Translations under genes and position numbers: made by a program
The notes under the pieces: model-generated
What the model was told of the DNA's origin: nothing
Seen by the model: the letters and a program-made list of their open reading frames with translations, nothing else
Databases searched by the model: none
Shown here: piece by piece, positions 55,288 through 64,000 of the stretch
Layout: every line of letters begins with the position of its first letter
Position numbering within the stretch: position 1 is the stretch's first letter
Source: a virus
Length of the DNA: 64,000 nucleotides
Reading direction: 5' to 3' (one strand)
Virus record (IMG/VR): IMGVR_UViG_3300027631_002653
Span: 1-64,000 of that record

Positions 55288-57870
55288 ATGAAACAAATTA
55301 TAAATCAAGAAAAATTAACACACGGTTTATTTAAAATTATTTATTCTGATGGTTCTATGGAATATCGATCTGTAGAATATACTTATGAATATCCCCAATT
55401 TACCAAAAATGAAAAATTAGGTCTTTTATTACTTAAATCAGGTATTACTGGTGGGTATTTTACATCTGGGGAATTTCTTAGATCAAAAAAACGAGATAAT
55501 CCAGGAATTAAGTTTATAAGATGGGAATTTGATAATATACCTAATAATTGGGATAGTATTACTGCTCGTAAATATCAAAATTTAAAAGATAAATTATTTA
55601 AAAATTATATGGAACCTTATAGGATTAAATATAATAATCATATTGGTGAAGAATTTTATGAGTCTGATAATAATTGTAATCTTAATGAATTAATTAATAA
55701 TACTTGGGATAAAGCCCGTAAAGAAGCACATGATATAATAGTTGGTGCTATTATAGATAAAAAATCATCTCCAGGTATGTCTTATCGTCCTGGACAAGAA
55801 CAACAAACTGATACTTTATATAAAAATCTAATTAATAAGTTATTTACTGAGGGAGAATTACCTCCGGGATTAGGTAAAACTCCTATTTTTTATTTTTTAG
55901 GTAAAAAACTTGATAATAATTCTAATTTTAACTCTCGTGTTAAATTATATGTTACTGATACTGTAAAAAACACAACTGAATTGGTTTGGAAAATGTATAA
56001 TTATAATTTAATAGACAAAAAAGTTCTTCCTAATATAGTTGTTGTTAATTCTGAAGAACCTAATAATAATAAAATTATGAAAAGTGGGGCTCGTGTAATT
56101 CCAGCAATGAATGGAGAAAATCCATCATTAATTAATTTATTAAAAGAAATTGTAAGTAATAATGAAGAATATAATTTATTCACAACTTATTATAGTTTGG
56201 GTGAATTACTTAAAGCTATTAATGATTTTGATGATTTTCCTTTAATGCCTCTTTTTAGAGACGAAGCCCATGTATCAACTGAAAAAAATATTGATCATCC
56301 ATTTAATGCTTTTTTAGTATATAAACATTTATTTTGGGGTGGAGTTGGTTTAACAGGATCAGCAATTCGTCGTCCTTCAAATTCTAATAATTTAAATATT
56401 TTTTATAATGGTGATCAAGGAGGTAATTTAGATTTAATTGTTACCGAATCTGAAGCACGTGCTCAGGGTTTAATTGCTGAACAAAAATTATTATTAATTC
56501 CTGTTCCTCCTAGTAGTGAAGAATTAAAACGAGCCATCCGTAATAGAAGTAAAGTTCGTCTTAGATTAGGTGTAAGTAAAATTAATGGGAGAGAAGTTGT
56601 TATTCGAACTAGAGCTTCAATGTTATTAGTTAAACGTGGTTTAGAAGAAGCTATTAAAGTAGGTAAACACCATATTCATATTCCAACAACATCACGTGCT
56701 ATTACTAGAAAAATGGTTCAAGCTATTAAACTCATGAAAGAATGTGGGATTATTCCTTCTAAATATCGTGTATTTGAAGCTCTTCTTAAAGATGGGGATA
56801 AAACATTAGAAGAATGGAATAATGAAGATTTTGCTATTGTTGTTGGGACTAGATGGATGAATAGAGGAACAGATACTGTTAAATGTGATTGTCAAATTTA
56901 TACTTATGTCCCTACTTCAGAAGCAATTGCTATTCAATTAAAAGGTCGTGGCCATAGAACACATGATTCTAAAGATTATTTTTTGATGGTAATTTGTGAA
57001 TTTGAAGGTGAACTTAGAGCTAATCCTTTATTTATAATAGCTGAACGTGAACTTAATGGTGGTGGATATGCTATTGTTGGAAATGATCCAATTCAACAAG
57101 ATCTTAATCTTAATCCAGACGCACCATTTGTACCCGAAGAGCCATTTGAAAATGAAAATATAGAAGATTTAAGTGGAAGAACAAATCCTACCGTAGATGC
57201 CTTAGACAATAATGAAATTGTTTTATTACAAGGTGAAGGTAGTGATCCTGAAATGTTTTTGGAATATAGAGATTTAACAGAGGCTATAACTACTGATACT
57301 TATACAGATGAATATGGTAATGATTTATTTAGTAGAATGGCTGCTGCTAAAGATTTAAATTATGATATAGTTGCTAAAAAAGCTTTGGAATTTGAATCTC
57401 GTGAAGTTTTTAGAGATAATGCTAGAAGTGAGTATAATTGGGCTATGAATAGATTGGTTTTAGAGCAAGTATGTAATCATATGGATGTCCTTAGAATTTC
57501 AATTTGGAGCTTTCAATTGTTACTAGATAAAGGTAAACTTCAAAAACATAAAAATATTTCCCAATTTATTCTTAATGGTAATTCAAGTAAATTTTATTCT
57601 CTTTCTGATGAAGATAAGGAAAAAGTAAAGAATTATTATGGAGATCAAAAAAATAAACCAGTAGATATGTTGGATGAATTGACTAGAGATTATATAAGAA
57701 CCTTTCCTTCAGCAAAAGCAGCAGCTAAATTTATAGAAAAAGAATCCAGCAGCTCAGAAATTAACAATTGTTGTAATAAAAAAGTTATGAAAAATGGTAA
57801 AATTAAAGAATCTTTTGGAGGATATGGATGGAGAAGATCAGAAATAAATTTTAAATTAGATGTAAAATAA
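55288..57870 (+). CDS. SF2 helicase fused to a putative N-terminal nuclease and C-terminal NUMOD1-like domain
   Basis: RPGQ, PPGLGKT, TTYYSL, DEAH, LTGS, RGTD, QLKGRGHR; C-terminal TFPSAKAAAK...INNCC...GGYGWR. Confidence 0.72.
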   Translation: MKQIINQEKLTHGLFKIIYSDGSMEYRSVEYTYEYPQFTKNEKLGLLLLKSGITGGYFTSGEFLRSKKRDNPGIKFIRWEFDNIPNNWDSITARKYQNLKDKLFKNYMEPYRIKYNNHIGEEFYESDNNCNLNELINNTWDKARKEAHDIIVGAIIDKKSSPGMSYRPGQEQQTDTLYKNLINKLFTEGELPPGLGKTPIFYFLGKKLDNNSNFNSRVKLYVTDTVKNTTELVWKMYNYNLIDKKVLPNIVVVNSEEPNNNKIMKSGARVIPAMNGENPSLINLLKEIVSNNEEYNLFTTYYSLGELLKAINDFDDFPLMPLFRDEAHVSTEKNIDHPFNAFLVYKHLFWGGVGLTGSAIRRPSNSNNLNIFYNGDQGGNLDLIVTESEARAQGLIAEQKLLLIPVPPSSEELKRAIRNRSKVRLRLGVSKINGREVVIRTRASMLLVKRGLEEAIKVGKHHIHIPTTSRAITRKMVQAIKLMKECGIIPSKYRVFEALLKDGDKTLEEWNNEDFAIVVGTRWMNRGTDTVKCDCQIYTYVPTSEAIAIQLKGRGHRTHDSKDYFLMVICEFEGELRANPLFIIAERELNGGGYAIVGNDPIQQDLNLNPDAPFVPEEPFENENIEDLSGRTNPTVDALDNNEIVLLQGEGSDPEMFLEYRDLTEAITTDTYTDEYGNDLFSRMAAAKDLNYDIVAKKALEFESREVFRDNARSEYNWAMNRLVLEQVCNHMDVLRISIWSFQLLLDKGKLQKHKNISQFILNGNSSKFYSLSDEDKEKVKNYYGDQKNKPVDMLDELTRDYIRTFPSAKAAAKFIEKESSSSEINNCCNKKVMKNGKIKESFGGYGWRRSEINFKLDVK

Positions 57871-57871
57871 A

Positions 57872-57901
57872 TTTGGCTTCCTGAAAGATTGTTCGTATAT
57901 T
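57872..57901 (+). promoter_or_regulatory. TTGG-N19-TATATT promoter
   Basis: TTTGG 57872-57876, TATATT 57896; near-identical to the 61441 copy. Confidence 0.8.
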
Positions 57902-57907
57902 CACGGT

Positions 57908-58117
57908 ATGGAAATAAAGGTTATAATAAACAAAGAATTAGTTTTAAAAGCAGTAGGATTATTTTACATGACTATTGAAATGGACAACATGGATTCACAA
58001 GATGAGCGATATGCTGGTTTGTATGAAATGGAATGTAAACTATTTGATTTAATGGCTAAGATGGAATCAGAGGAACTTCAGGTGTATAAAGAATTAATTA
58101 ATCACGGATTAAAATAA
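57908..58117 (+). CDS. Hypothetical protein, possibly leaderless
   Basis: ATG 12 nt after the start of TATATT. Confidence 0.5.
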   Translation: MEIKVIINKELVLKAVGLFYMTIEMDNMDSQDERYAGLYEMECKLFDLMAKMESEELQVYKELINHGLK

Positions 58118-58126
58118 ATAAAATTT

Positions 58127-58321
58127 ATGGCAGATAATAAAAATACATCAAACGGAATTGGATTAGGTACAATCCTATGTTTAATCTTTTTAACACTTAA
58201 ACTAGGTGGTTGGGGTGTAGTAGCAACATGGTCATGGTGGTGGGTATTTAGTCCAATTTGGATTCCAATAGCATTTATAGTAATTATTGTTTTAATAGTA
58301 GGTATAATTCATAATATATGA
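58127..58321 (+). CDS. Small membrane protein
   Basis: FLTLKL...WSWWWVFSPIWIP. Confidence 0.7.
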   Translation: MADNKNTSNGIGLGTILCLIFLTLKLGGWGVVATWSWWWVFSPIWIPIAFIVIIVLIVGIIHNI

Positions 58322-59013
58322 TAATTACTTTTATAAGCGATACCCATACTAAACATCGCCACGTAGAAGATGATTTACCAGGTGGTGATTTATTAATCCA
58401 CGCTGGTGATATCATGAACTCAGGTTATGATGAAAATGATGTATGGGAATTTCTAGATTGGTTCGATAAACAAGAAAAATATAAAGGACACGTTTTTATT
58501 GCTGGTAATCATGACAGGTATTTTGAAAATAAACCTGATGAAACTAAAAATATATTACGTGAATATCCTTATATAACATATCTACAAGATAACTCATTAC
58601 TTTATACTAATGAAGAAACTAATGATGCTTGTTCAATTTATGGTTCACCTTGGCAACCAACATTTCACAACTGGGCATTTAATTTACCTCGTAATGGTGA
58701 AGAATTACTAAATAAATGGAATGATATTCCAGAAGATATTGATATTCTAATTACACACGGACCACCTTGGGGTCATTTAGATGTTACCCCATATGGTAAC
58801 TTAAATGTAGGGTGTGAGGTATTACGTGAGCGTATAGAAGTTATTAAACCAAAAATTCATGTGTTTGGACACGTTCATAGTGGTTATGGTTATAAGTTTC
58901 ATAACGGAACACATTTCGTTAATGCTTCGGTTTTAAATGAACGTTATAATTATAAAAATAAACCAATTACAATTGATTGGAATGTTGAACATAATACAAT
59001 AAAATTTATATGA
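58318..59013 (+). CDS. Metallophosphoesterase
   Basis: ISDTH, HAGD, AGNHD, THGPP, FGHVH. Confidence 0.9.
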   Translation: MIITFISDTHTKHRHVEDDLPGGDLLIHAGDIMNSGYDENDVWEFLDWFDKQEKYKGHVFIAGNHDRYFENKPDETKNILREYPYITYLQDNSLLYTNEETNDACSIYGSPWQPTFHNWAFNLPRNGEELLNKWNDIPEDIDILITHGPPWGHLDVTPYGNLNVGCEVLRERIEVIKPKIHVFGHVHSGYGYKFHNGTHFVNASVLNERYNYKNKPITIDWNVEHNTIKFI

Positions 59014-59504
59014 AAAAGATTTGGAGTGAGGTAAAATGGTTTTTTAGACAATTAAACCGTTCATTTGCGTATTTTAAACACGCTTGGGGTGGTTATGATT
59101 GGGATTATAGTTATTCAATTGGTATGTTTCAATACAGTCTAGAACGTTTAGCTACTAACCTAGATTCAAACTCAGCATATGGTACAGATGCTAAAAATAA
59201 AGCATCACGTTGTAAAATGATTGCTGAATTAATGGGACGAGTTAATAAAGACTATTATGCTATGAAATATGCTGAAGTATTAGAAAACATGTATGGTAAG
59301 TGTGAATTGGTGAGTAAGGAAATAGGTGATGGTAACTACCAGTTTGTTGGTTGGAAATGGGAAAAAGCGGTTGATGATAAACACAACGATGATATTAATG
59401 ATCTTAGTAGGGAACTAATGAAATGGGGCGAGGAAAAGCAAAAACGTGCTGAGATACTACTATGGAAATTAGTAGCACATAATATTAAATATTTTTGGGA
59501 TTAA
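59010..59504 (+). CDS. Hypothetical protein
   Basis: DWDY...YFWD. Confidence 0.6.
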   Translation: MKKIWSEVKWFFRQLNRSFAYFKHAWGGYDWDYSYSIGMFQYSLERLATNLDSNSAYGTDAKNKASRCKMIAELMGRVNKDYYAMKYAEVLENMYGKCELVSKEIGDGNYQFVGWKWEKAVDDKHNDDINDLSRELMKWGEEKQKRAEILLWKLVAHNIKYFWD

Positions 59505-59530
59505 TTTGGAATCATTCCAAATGAACAATA
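59504..59530 (+). repeat. Palindromic element copy 2: ATTTGGAA-TCA-TTCCAAAT-GAACAATA
   Basis: Perfect 8-bp inverted repeat directly before the promoter at 59533. Confidence 0.75.
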
Positions 59531-59532
59531 AA

Positions 59533-59562
59533 TTTGGCTATATGAAATATCATTCGTATATT
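59533..59562 (+). promoter_or_regulatory. TTGG-N19-TATATT promoter
   Basis: TTTGG 59533-59537, TATATT 59557. Confidence 0.8.
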
Positions 59563-59584
59563 CACATATAAAGAAATAAAAGTT

Positions 59585-59854
59585 ATGACATTCAAAGAAC
59601 TAAATTTTAAGGACACAAAATCCAACAATGGTATTCATGCTATTGTTAAATTTGAAAACAACTATGGAGCATCAGTTGTTAAGCATGATCATTCATATGG
59701 TGGTAAGGATGGATTATATGAATTAGCAGTAACTCAATATGATGAGAATGGAGATTGGGATATTTGTTATGATACTCCAATCACAGATGATGTATTAGGT
59801 TATTTAACCGAAGATAATGTAACAGATTATCTAAAACAAATTAAACAGTTATGA
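59585..59854 (+). CDS. Phage hypothetical protein
   Basis: FENNYGASVV..HSYGGKDGLYELAV. Confidence 0.65.
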   Translation: MTFKELNFKDTKSNNGIHAIVKFENNYGASVVKHDHSYGGKDGLYELAVTQYDENGDWDICYDTPITDDVLGYLTEDNVTDYLKQIKQL

Positions 59855-60543
59855 GCAAAATAAATAAAAATAGTAAATTTTACATCCCACCAACGTTTAA
59901 ACAACGTATGGAGAATCTTAAATATTCAATCCTATTTTGGAGAGGACGTAGTAAGGGTATGATTTACACTCGTAATATTGAATTAGATGATTTCCGTTAC
60001 ATATTCTTTCCTAAAGGATTTGAAAAGTATGGATATTTAGGAACACAAATATGGGATGAAGGAGGTGTTTATTTTAATGCTCTTTATCCATTAGTATTAG
60101 CTATGGACTATGAAGCTAAGCCTAAATTCTGCCCAAGGTGGTTTTTACGCTTCTTACATGTGTTTGGTAGTGATAAATCAATTGTAAGAGTCCGTAATTG
60201 GACTTTGCATGACTTACTACGTAATCTAACTAAAGGTATTGCCTTTGTAGATTGGAAGACTAAGTGGCATGATTATGATTTACGTATTTCAATTCATGCA
60301 CCTAAGCACTTACAGAACCTAGCTGATGATATAGAACACGGATTTTATTCTAGAGGTGCACAAGAAGAGTTAGTTGAACAAATTTTAGCAATAGATCCTA
60401 ATGCTTGTATTATTTGGGGTAGTGTTGAAAGATTTAATAAACAATTAGAGAAACTAGAAGCCGAAAAAGAAAATCGAGATAAGCAATTAGATTTCCTTAC
60501 TCAACAAGCTCAAGAATTAAACTTAGGGGATAAAAATGCCTGA
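59851..60543 (+). CDS. Hypothetical protein
   Basis: Packed ORF. Confidence 0.55.
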   Translation: MSKINKNSKFYIPPTFKQRMENLKYSILFWRGRSKGMIYTRNIELDDFRYIFFPKGFEKYGYLGTQIWDEGGVYFNALYPLVLAMDYEAKPKFCPRWFLRFLHVFGSDKSIVRVRNWTLHDLLRNLTKGIAFVDWKTKWHDYDLRISIHAPKHLQNLADDIEHGFYSRGAQEELVEQILAIDPNACIIWGSVERFNKQLEKLEAEKENRDKQLDFLTQQAQELNLGDKNA

Positions 60544-61045
60544 GTATCTTAAAACAGCATTTATAAAAGACCTAGAATCACAGGTTATGATGGGTAAACT
60601 TTCATACACCAGAATGCTTGAATTAATACAGGAAGAAGTAATAAAAAATTATAATAAGATGATAACCGGAGTACAGCCTAAAATACTATTAACTCAAGAT
60701 GAGAATGGTAATCTAAAAATGGATGATGAAATGGGTAAACTATTTTTTGACGATCCTAATGCTAATATGAACTATAAACTAGTTCGTGAAAGAGATGGTT
60801 TAACAAAGTATGGACGAGAAATGGGGTGGATTGAATTTCATGAAAATGGTACATTTAAAGAAAAACATGATGAACCAGCTATTGGTAGGTCATGTATGTT
60901 AGATCCACACCGATTTAGTTTTACTTGGTTAACTACATCAGTTACTAAAATTGTAGAACAACGAGACGATTATATTAAATTCAACACTAATAATAGTGTA
61001 TATGAATTATTTAAATTAAATAAACAAAATGAAGATACAATTTAA
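60536..61045 (+). CDS. Hypothetical protein
   Basis: FTWLTTSVT...FNTNNSVY. Confidence 0.55.
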   Translation: MPEYLKTAFIKDLESQVMMGKLSYTRMLELIQEEVIKNYNKMITGVQPKILLTQDENGNLKMDDEMGKLFFDDPNANMNYKLVRERDGLTKYGREMGWIEFHENGTFKEKHDEPAIGRSCMLDPHRFSFTWLTTSVTKIVEQRDDYIKFNTNNSVYELFKLNKQNEDTI

Positions 61046-61169
61046 TAATATTGCTTACCAATTTTATTTAGTACCCACTATTAAGGTAACTGATGATAAA
61101 TTTTTATTTGGTTATTATGGTATTGAGTTTATTTGGTTAAAGTGGGGTATTGAGATTATTTGGAATTAA
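61029..61169 (+). CDS. Small hydrophobic protein (46 aa, not in ORF track)
   Basis: MKIQFNNIAYQFYLVPTIK...FIWLKWGIEIIWN. Confidence 0.5.
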   Translation: MKIQFNNIAYQFYLVPTIKVTDDKFLFGYYGIEFIWLKWGIEIIWN

Positions 61170-61184
61170 TCCAAATGAACAATA
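61158..61184 (+). repeat. Palindromic element copy 3: ATTTGGAA-TTA-ATCCAAAT-GAACAATA
   Basis: 7/8-bp inverted repeat overlapping a stop codon, upstream of the promoter at 61198. Confidence 0.7.
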
Positions 61185-61197
61185 ATTAACCTAATAC

Positions 61198-61226
61198 TTG
61201 GGTATGTAAATAATTGTTCGTATATT
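61198..61226 (+). promoter_or_regulatory. TTGG-N19-TATATT promoter
   Basis: TTGG 61198-61201, TATATT 61221. Confidence 0.75.
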
Positions 61227-61240
61227 AAATTAAATAAAAA

Positions 61241-61435
61241 ATGACACTATTAGAATTAAAAATGTGGCTTGATGAAATTCCAGCTGAACAGCTTACTTAT
61301 GATTTAGTAGCTATGATTATAGATGATGAAGAATCAACTCAATATAAATTATTTACTCCTATATTAGGAATGAATGAAGATAATGAAATTGACGGTACAT
61401 TAATTTTTATATTAGATAAAGATTTTTCTTGGTAA
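61241..61435 (+). CDS. Hypothetical protein
   Basis: ORF after the promoter. Confidence 0.55.
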   Translation: MTLLELKMWLDEIPAEQLTYDLVAMIIDDEESTQYKLFTPILGMNEDNEIDGTLIFILDKDFSW

Positions 61436-61440
61436 AAAAA

Positions 61441-61470
61441 TTTGGCTTCCTGAAGGATTGTTCGTATATT
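61441..61470 (+). promoter_or_regulatory. TTGG-N19-TATATT promoter
   Basis: TTTGG 61441-61445, TATATT 61465. Confidence 0.8.
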
Positions 61471-61491
61471 GACGACATAGAAATAAAGGTT

Positions 61492-61764
61492 ATGGAAAAA
61501 ATAAAAATAAACTCAAATTACAAATTCACTTTCGACACTGATGTTGAACTTAGAAGAGCCCAATCATCAGGCCACATTGAATCATATGATATGGTTCGTA
61601 TCTGTATTAAAAGATTAGATAATGGAAACCAAGTTGATTTTCCAATCAAATCTAGAGAAGATTATTTTGATCAAGTTGCTAGTTTGAATGAAAGATCTAA
61701 CGAGTATGATATGGTAGAAATTTACCAAGATACTCATTCATATAATATATACGATTATATTTAA
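61492..61764 (+). CDS. Hypothetical protein
   Basis: Start moved to ATG 61492 (AATAAAGGTTATG). Confidence 0.55.
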   Translation: MEKIKINSNYKFTFDTDVELRRAQSSGHIESYDMVRICIKRLDNGNQVDFPIKSREDYFDQVASLNERSNEYDMVEIYQDTHSYNIYDYI

Positions 61765-61776
61765 TAAATAAAGGTT

Positions 61777-62595
61777 ATGAAAAAATTCAATAAAATCAGT
61801 AGAGAAAAATGGAACCAATTGAAACGTATTGCCGACATGTATGAGGTAGTAGGTTATCAAGGGGGTAAGAATGTTAATTATGATGAAGTAAAAGTTTGGT
61901 GTAGAGATAAGTGGGATAACATTAGATATAGTCACGTAGTAATTAATCAAAACTGGTATTAATAAAAAAATAAAAACATGGCATTTGAAAACGTAGTATT
62001 TTGGAAAGATGGTTTCGACGAGGGTGAAGCAAAAGGTGGTATTTTTGTTCGTTCATTTGATTTGAAAAAATTTCTTGAAAAGGTAGAAGAAGATGGTACC
62101 GAAGTTGTAGGTATTAAATTTGAAGATAACAATATGGAAATAATTACTAAGGTACAATAATGGCTGCTGATAGTAATCATTATGGAGATGTATTTAAGTG
62201 GATACTAAAAGTTATTGATTCATGCGATAAGTATCCTCAAATATTTACAGCCCATAAACTAGTAGATATTTTTTGTAGTATGAAATATCCTTCATTAGAA
62301 TGGTATGAAAAATCAAACATGGATAGGGACGTAATTAGTGCTGTTCATGATAAACAACGCCAACTATTAAATAAATATTACGACAATGGATTTACAAGAG
62401 CTTGAAAAAATGATTAATACTTACCTTAATGACATTGAGTCATTTGGTGAAGAAGATGAATATAATGGTGCCAAAGAAGTATTGATTGATTTCCTACTAT
62501 ACTACCAGACTATGGAAGACAATATTGATGATAATTTAGATACATGGAATGAAGCACCATATAGTGATTATGAAGATAGTAATAACGAAGATTAA
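61777..62595 (+). other. Run of four small hypothetical CDS (61777-61962, 61978-62160, 62160-62405, 62386-62595)
   Basis: Tightly packed same-strand ORFs. Confidence 0.55.
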
Positions 62596-62606
62596 AAATA
62601 AAGACA

Positions 62607-62861
62607 ATGAGTTATATAATAGGAAGTAGATGCATAGATGTAAAAGATCGCAGCTGTATAGATGCGTGTCCAGTAGATTGTATCTATGAAAATATCCAGC
62701 AAATGCTTATTAACCCAGAGGAATGTATTGATTGTGGAGCATGTATACCTGCTTGTCCTGTAGATGCTATTTGGGATAGTGAAGACATGGCAATACAAAT
62801 GGGTGAAGAAGCTTCAATTCACATTAACTATAGTCACTTTGGATTAAAATATAAAGGATAA
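62607..62861 (+). CDS. Dicluster (7Fe FdxA-type) ferredoxin
   Basis: CIDVKDRSCIDACPVDCI and CIDCGACIPACP. Confidence 0.9.
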   Translation: MSYIIGSRCIDVKDRSCIDACPVDCIYENIQQMLINPEECIDCGACIPACPVDAIWDSEDMAIQMGEEASIHINYSHFGLKYKG

Positions 62862-62867
62862 AAAATT

Positions 62868-63499
62868 ATGAACAGAAAAATAGTAAAAGCAGTTACAATC
62901 ACAAGCTGGTTGATTTTAATCCTATACATTGTATTACCATTCACTGGTGTGGTTACACGTGATTGGGGAAACATATCAATATGGACAGCATTAAGCATCA
63001 TATGGACAACCATATGGGTTGATGATTTAGATAAAATTAAAAAAGATAAAATTCAAGAACAACACGATAAAACAAAAGCAGGATTATGACTAGTTTAACA
63101 CTCGCACTACTAATACTTGTAGTAATTTCAAACACGTTTATGGCTCTAATGTATTATGAGCTATATCCACTTACAATTCGTTCAATTAAATGGTTATTGT
63201 TTATACCTCCGTTGGCGTGGATACCTGTAATCATTTCAATAGTAAGAAACGCAATCGAATCAATTAAATATAATTTAGAAAAATAAGTTATGACAAAGGA
63301 AGAATTTTTACAACAGGTAAGTGATTGGTATGACAATTCAGATAAACATTATGATGATTTTTTAATTAATTTTGAAAAAGATAAAGATGAACTTATTAAT
63401 ATATTATCTGTAGAAGTTAAACATATGGCTAGGTTATTTGAACCTAAAACTAAAGAAGAGTGGATGCAAGACATGTTAACACCATTTAAAGCAAAATAA
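62868..63499 (+). other. Three small CDS (62868-63089 and 63086-63286 membrane proteins; 63290-63499 hypothetical)
   Basis: Packed ORFs; the first two have hydrophobic segments. Confidence 0.55.
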
Positions 63500-63500
63500 A

Positions 63501-63530
63501 TTTGGTTTCCTAAAATAGGGTTCGTATATT
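63501..63530 (+). promoter_or_regulatory. TTGG-N19-TATATT promoter
   Basis: TTTGG 63501-63505, TATATT 63525. Confidence 0.8.
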
Positions 63531-63553
63531 GACGACATAAAGAAATAAAAGTT

Positions 63554-63967
63554 ATGAACACAGAAAACTTAAACACACAGGAATTAGAAACACTAAGAAC
63601 CTTGCTTAACAAAATGGCAGGTGAACCTCAAACTAAAATTTACATTGATCCAGTCAATAAAATGATTGATAACATTATGGATGAATTTAATTTTGCTAGA
63701 GTTCAAAATGCAATGGATCATTTGAATTGGAAGTGGGTTGGTGAATATGTTACTATTGAAATGTTGAGAGAAGAAGCACGTCGATTACTTCAAGGTGCTA
63801 TGTTTGCTAGATTACATGAATATAAAGATGAACATTGGGAACTAGGTATTCATCATTGTACAGGTGGATTTGAAGCAACAGCATTCTGTAATGAATCAAA
63901 AACTAAAATTACAGGGTTGGAATTAAAATTTATATTAAATAGTTGGGATGAATCAATAGAAGATTAA
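63554..63967 (+). CDS. Hypothetical protein
   Basis: IMDEFNFARVQNAMDHLNWKW...TGGFEA. Confidence 0.6.
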   Translation: MNTENLNTQELETLRTLLNKMAGEPQTKIYIDPVNKMIDNIMDEFNFARVQNAMDHLNWKWVGEYVTIEMLREEARRLLQGAMFARLHEYKDEHWELGIHHCTGGFEATAFCNESKTKITGLELKFILNSWDESIED

Positions 63968-64000
63968 TATGAGTCCACATCAAAAAGCAGCATACGAGAT

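Overview
64 kb AT-rich segment of a large dsDNA bacteriophage with T4-like replication machinery, almost all on the + strand. The host is very likely Bacteroidota (Flavobacteriia-like): the promoters are TTGG-N19-TATATT, there are no Shine-Dalgarno sites, and one protein has a T9SS-like C-terminal domain. Layout: (1) replication/recombination core (SSB, RecA-like, 5'-3' exonuclease, DnaB-like helicase, NrdB/NrdA). (2) 7-deazaguanine (preQ0) locus with a TGT/DpdA-fold gene, queC, queD, queE and folE, interleaved with a purine phosphoribosyltransferase and a MazG-like NTP pyrophosphohydrolase, running directly into a family B polymerase with an unusual motif B. (3) Sliding clamp, GroES/GroEL, clamp loader and a PD-(D/E)XK nuclease. 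(4) Glycosyl/methyltransferase island. (5) Long accessory region of promoter-headed cassettes: carbamoyltransferase/2OG-oxygenase/FkbM, AhpC, PlcP-like phosphoesterase plus GT2, IscU/IscA, ferredoxin, a candidate T9SS-secreted protein and a nuclease-SF2 helicase-NUMOD1 fusion. Non-coding structure read from the sequence: about 18 copies of a strictly spaced promoter, two terminator hairpins that double as promoters, a 27-bp palindromic element found three times at gene-end/promoter junctions, and a second ATATTTAT motif. No tRNA, rRNA or CRISPR array was recognised. All protein calls come from motif recognition by eye; no database searches were run.
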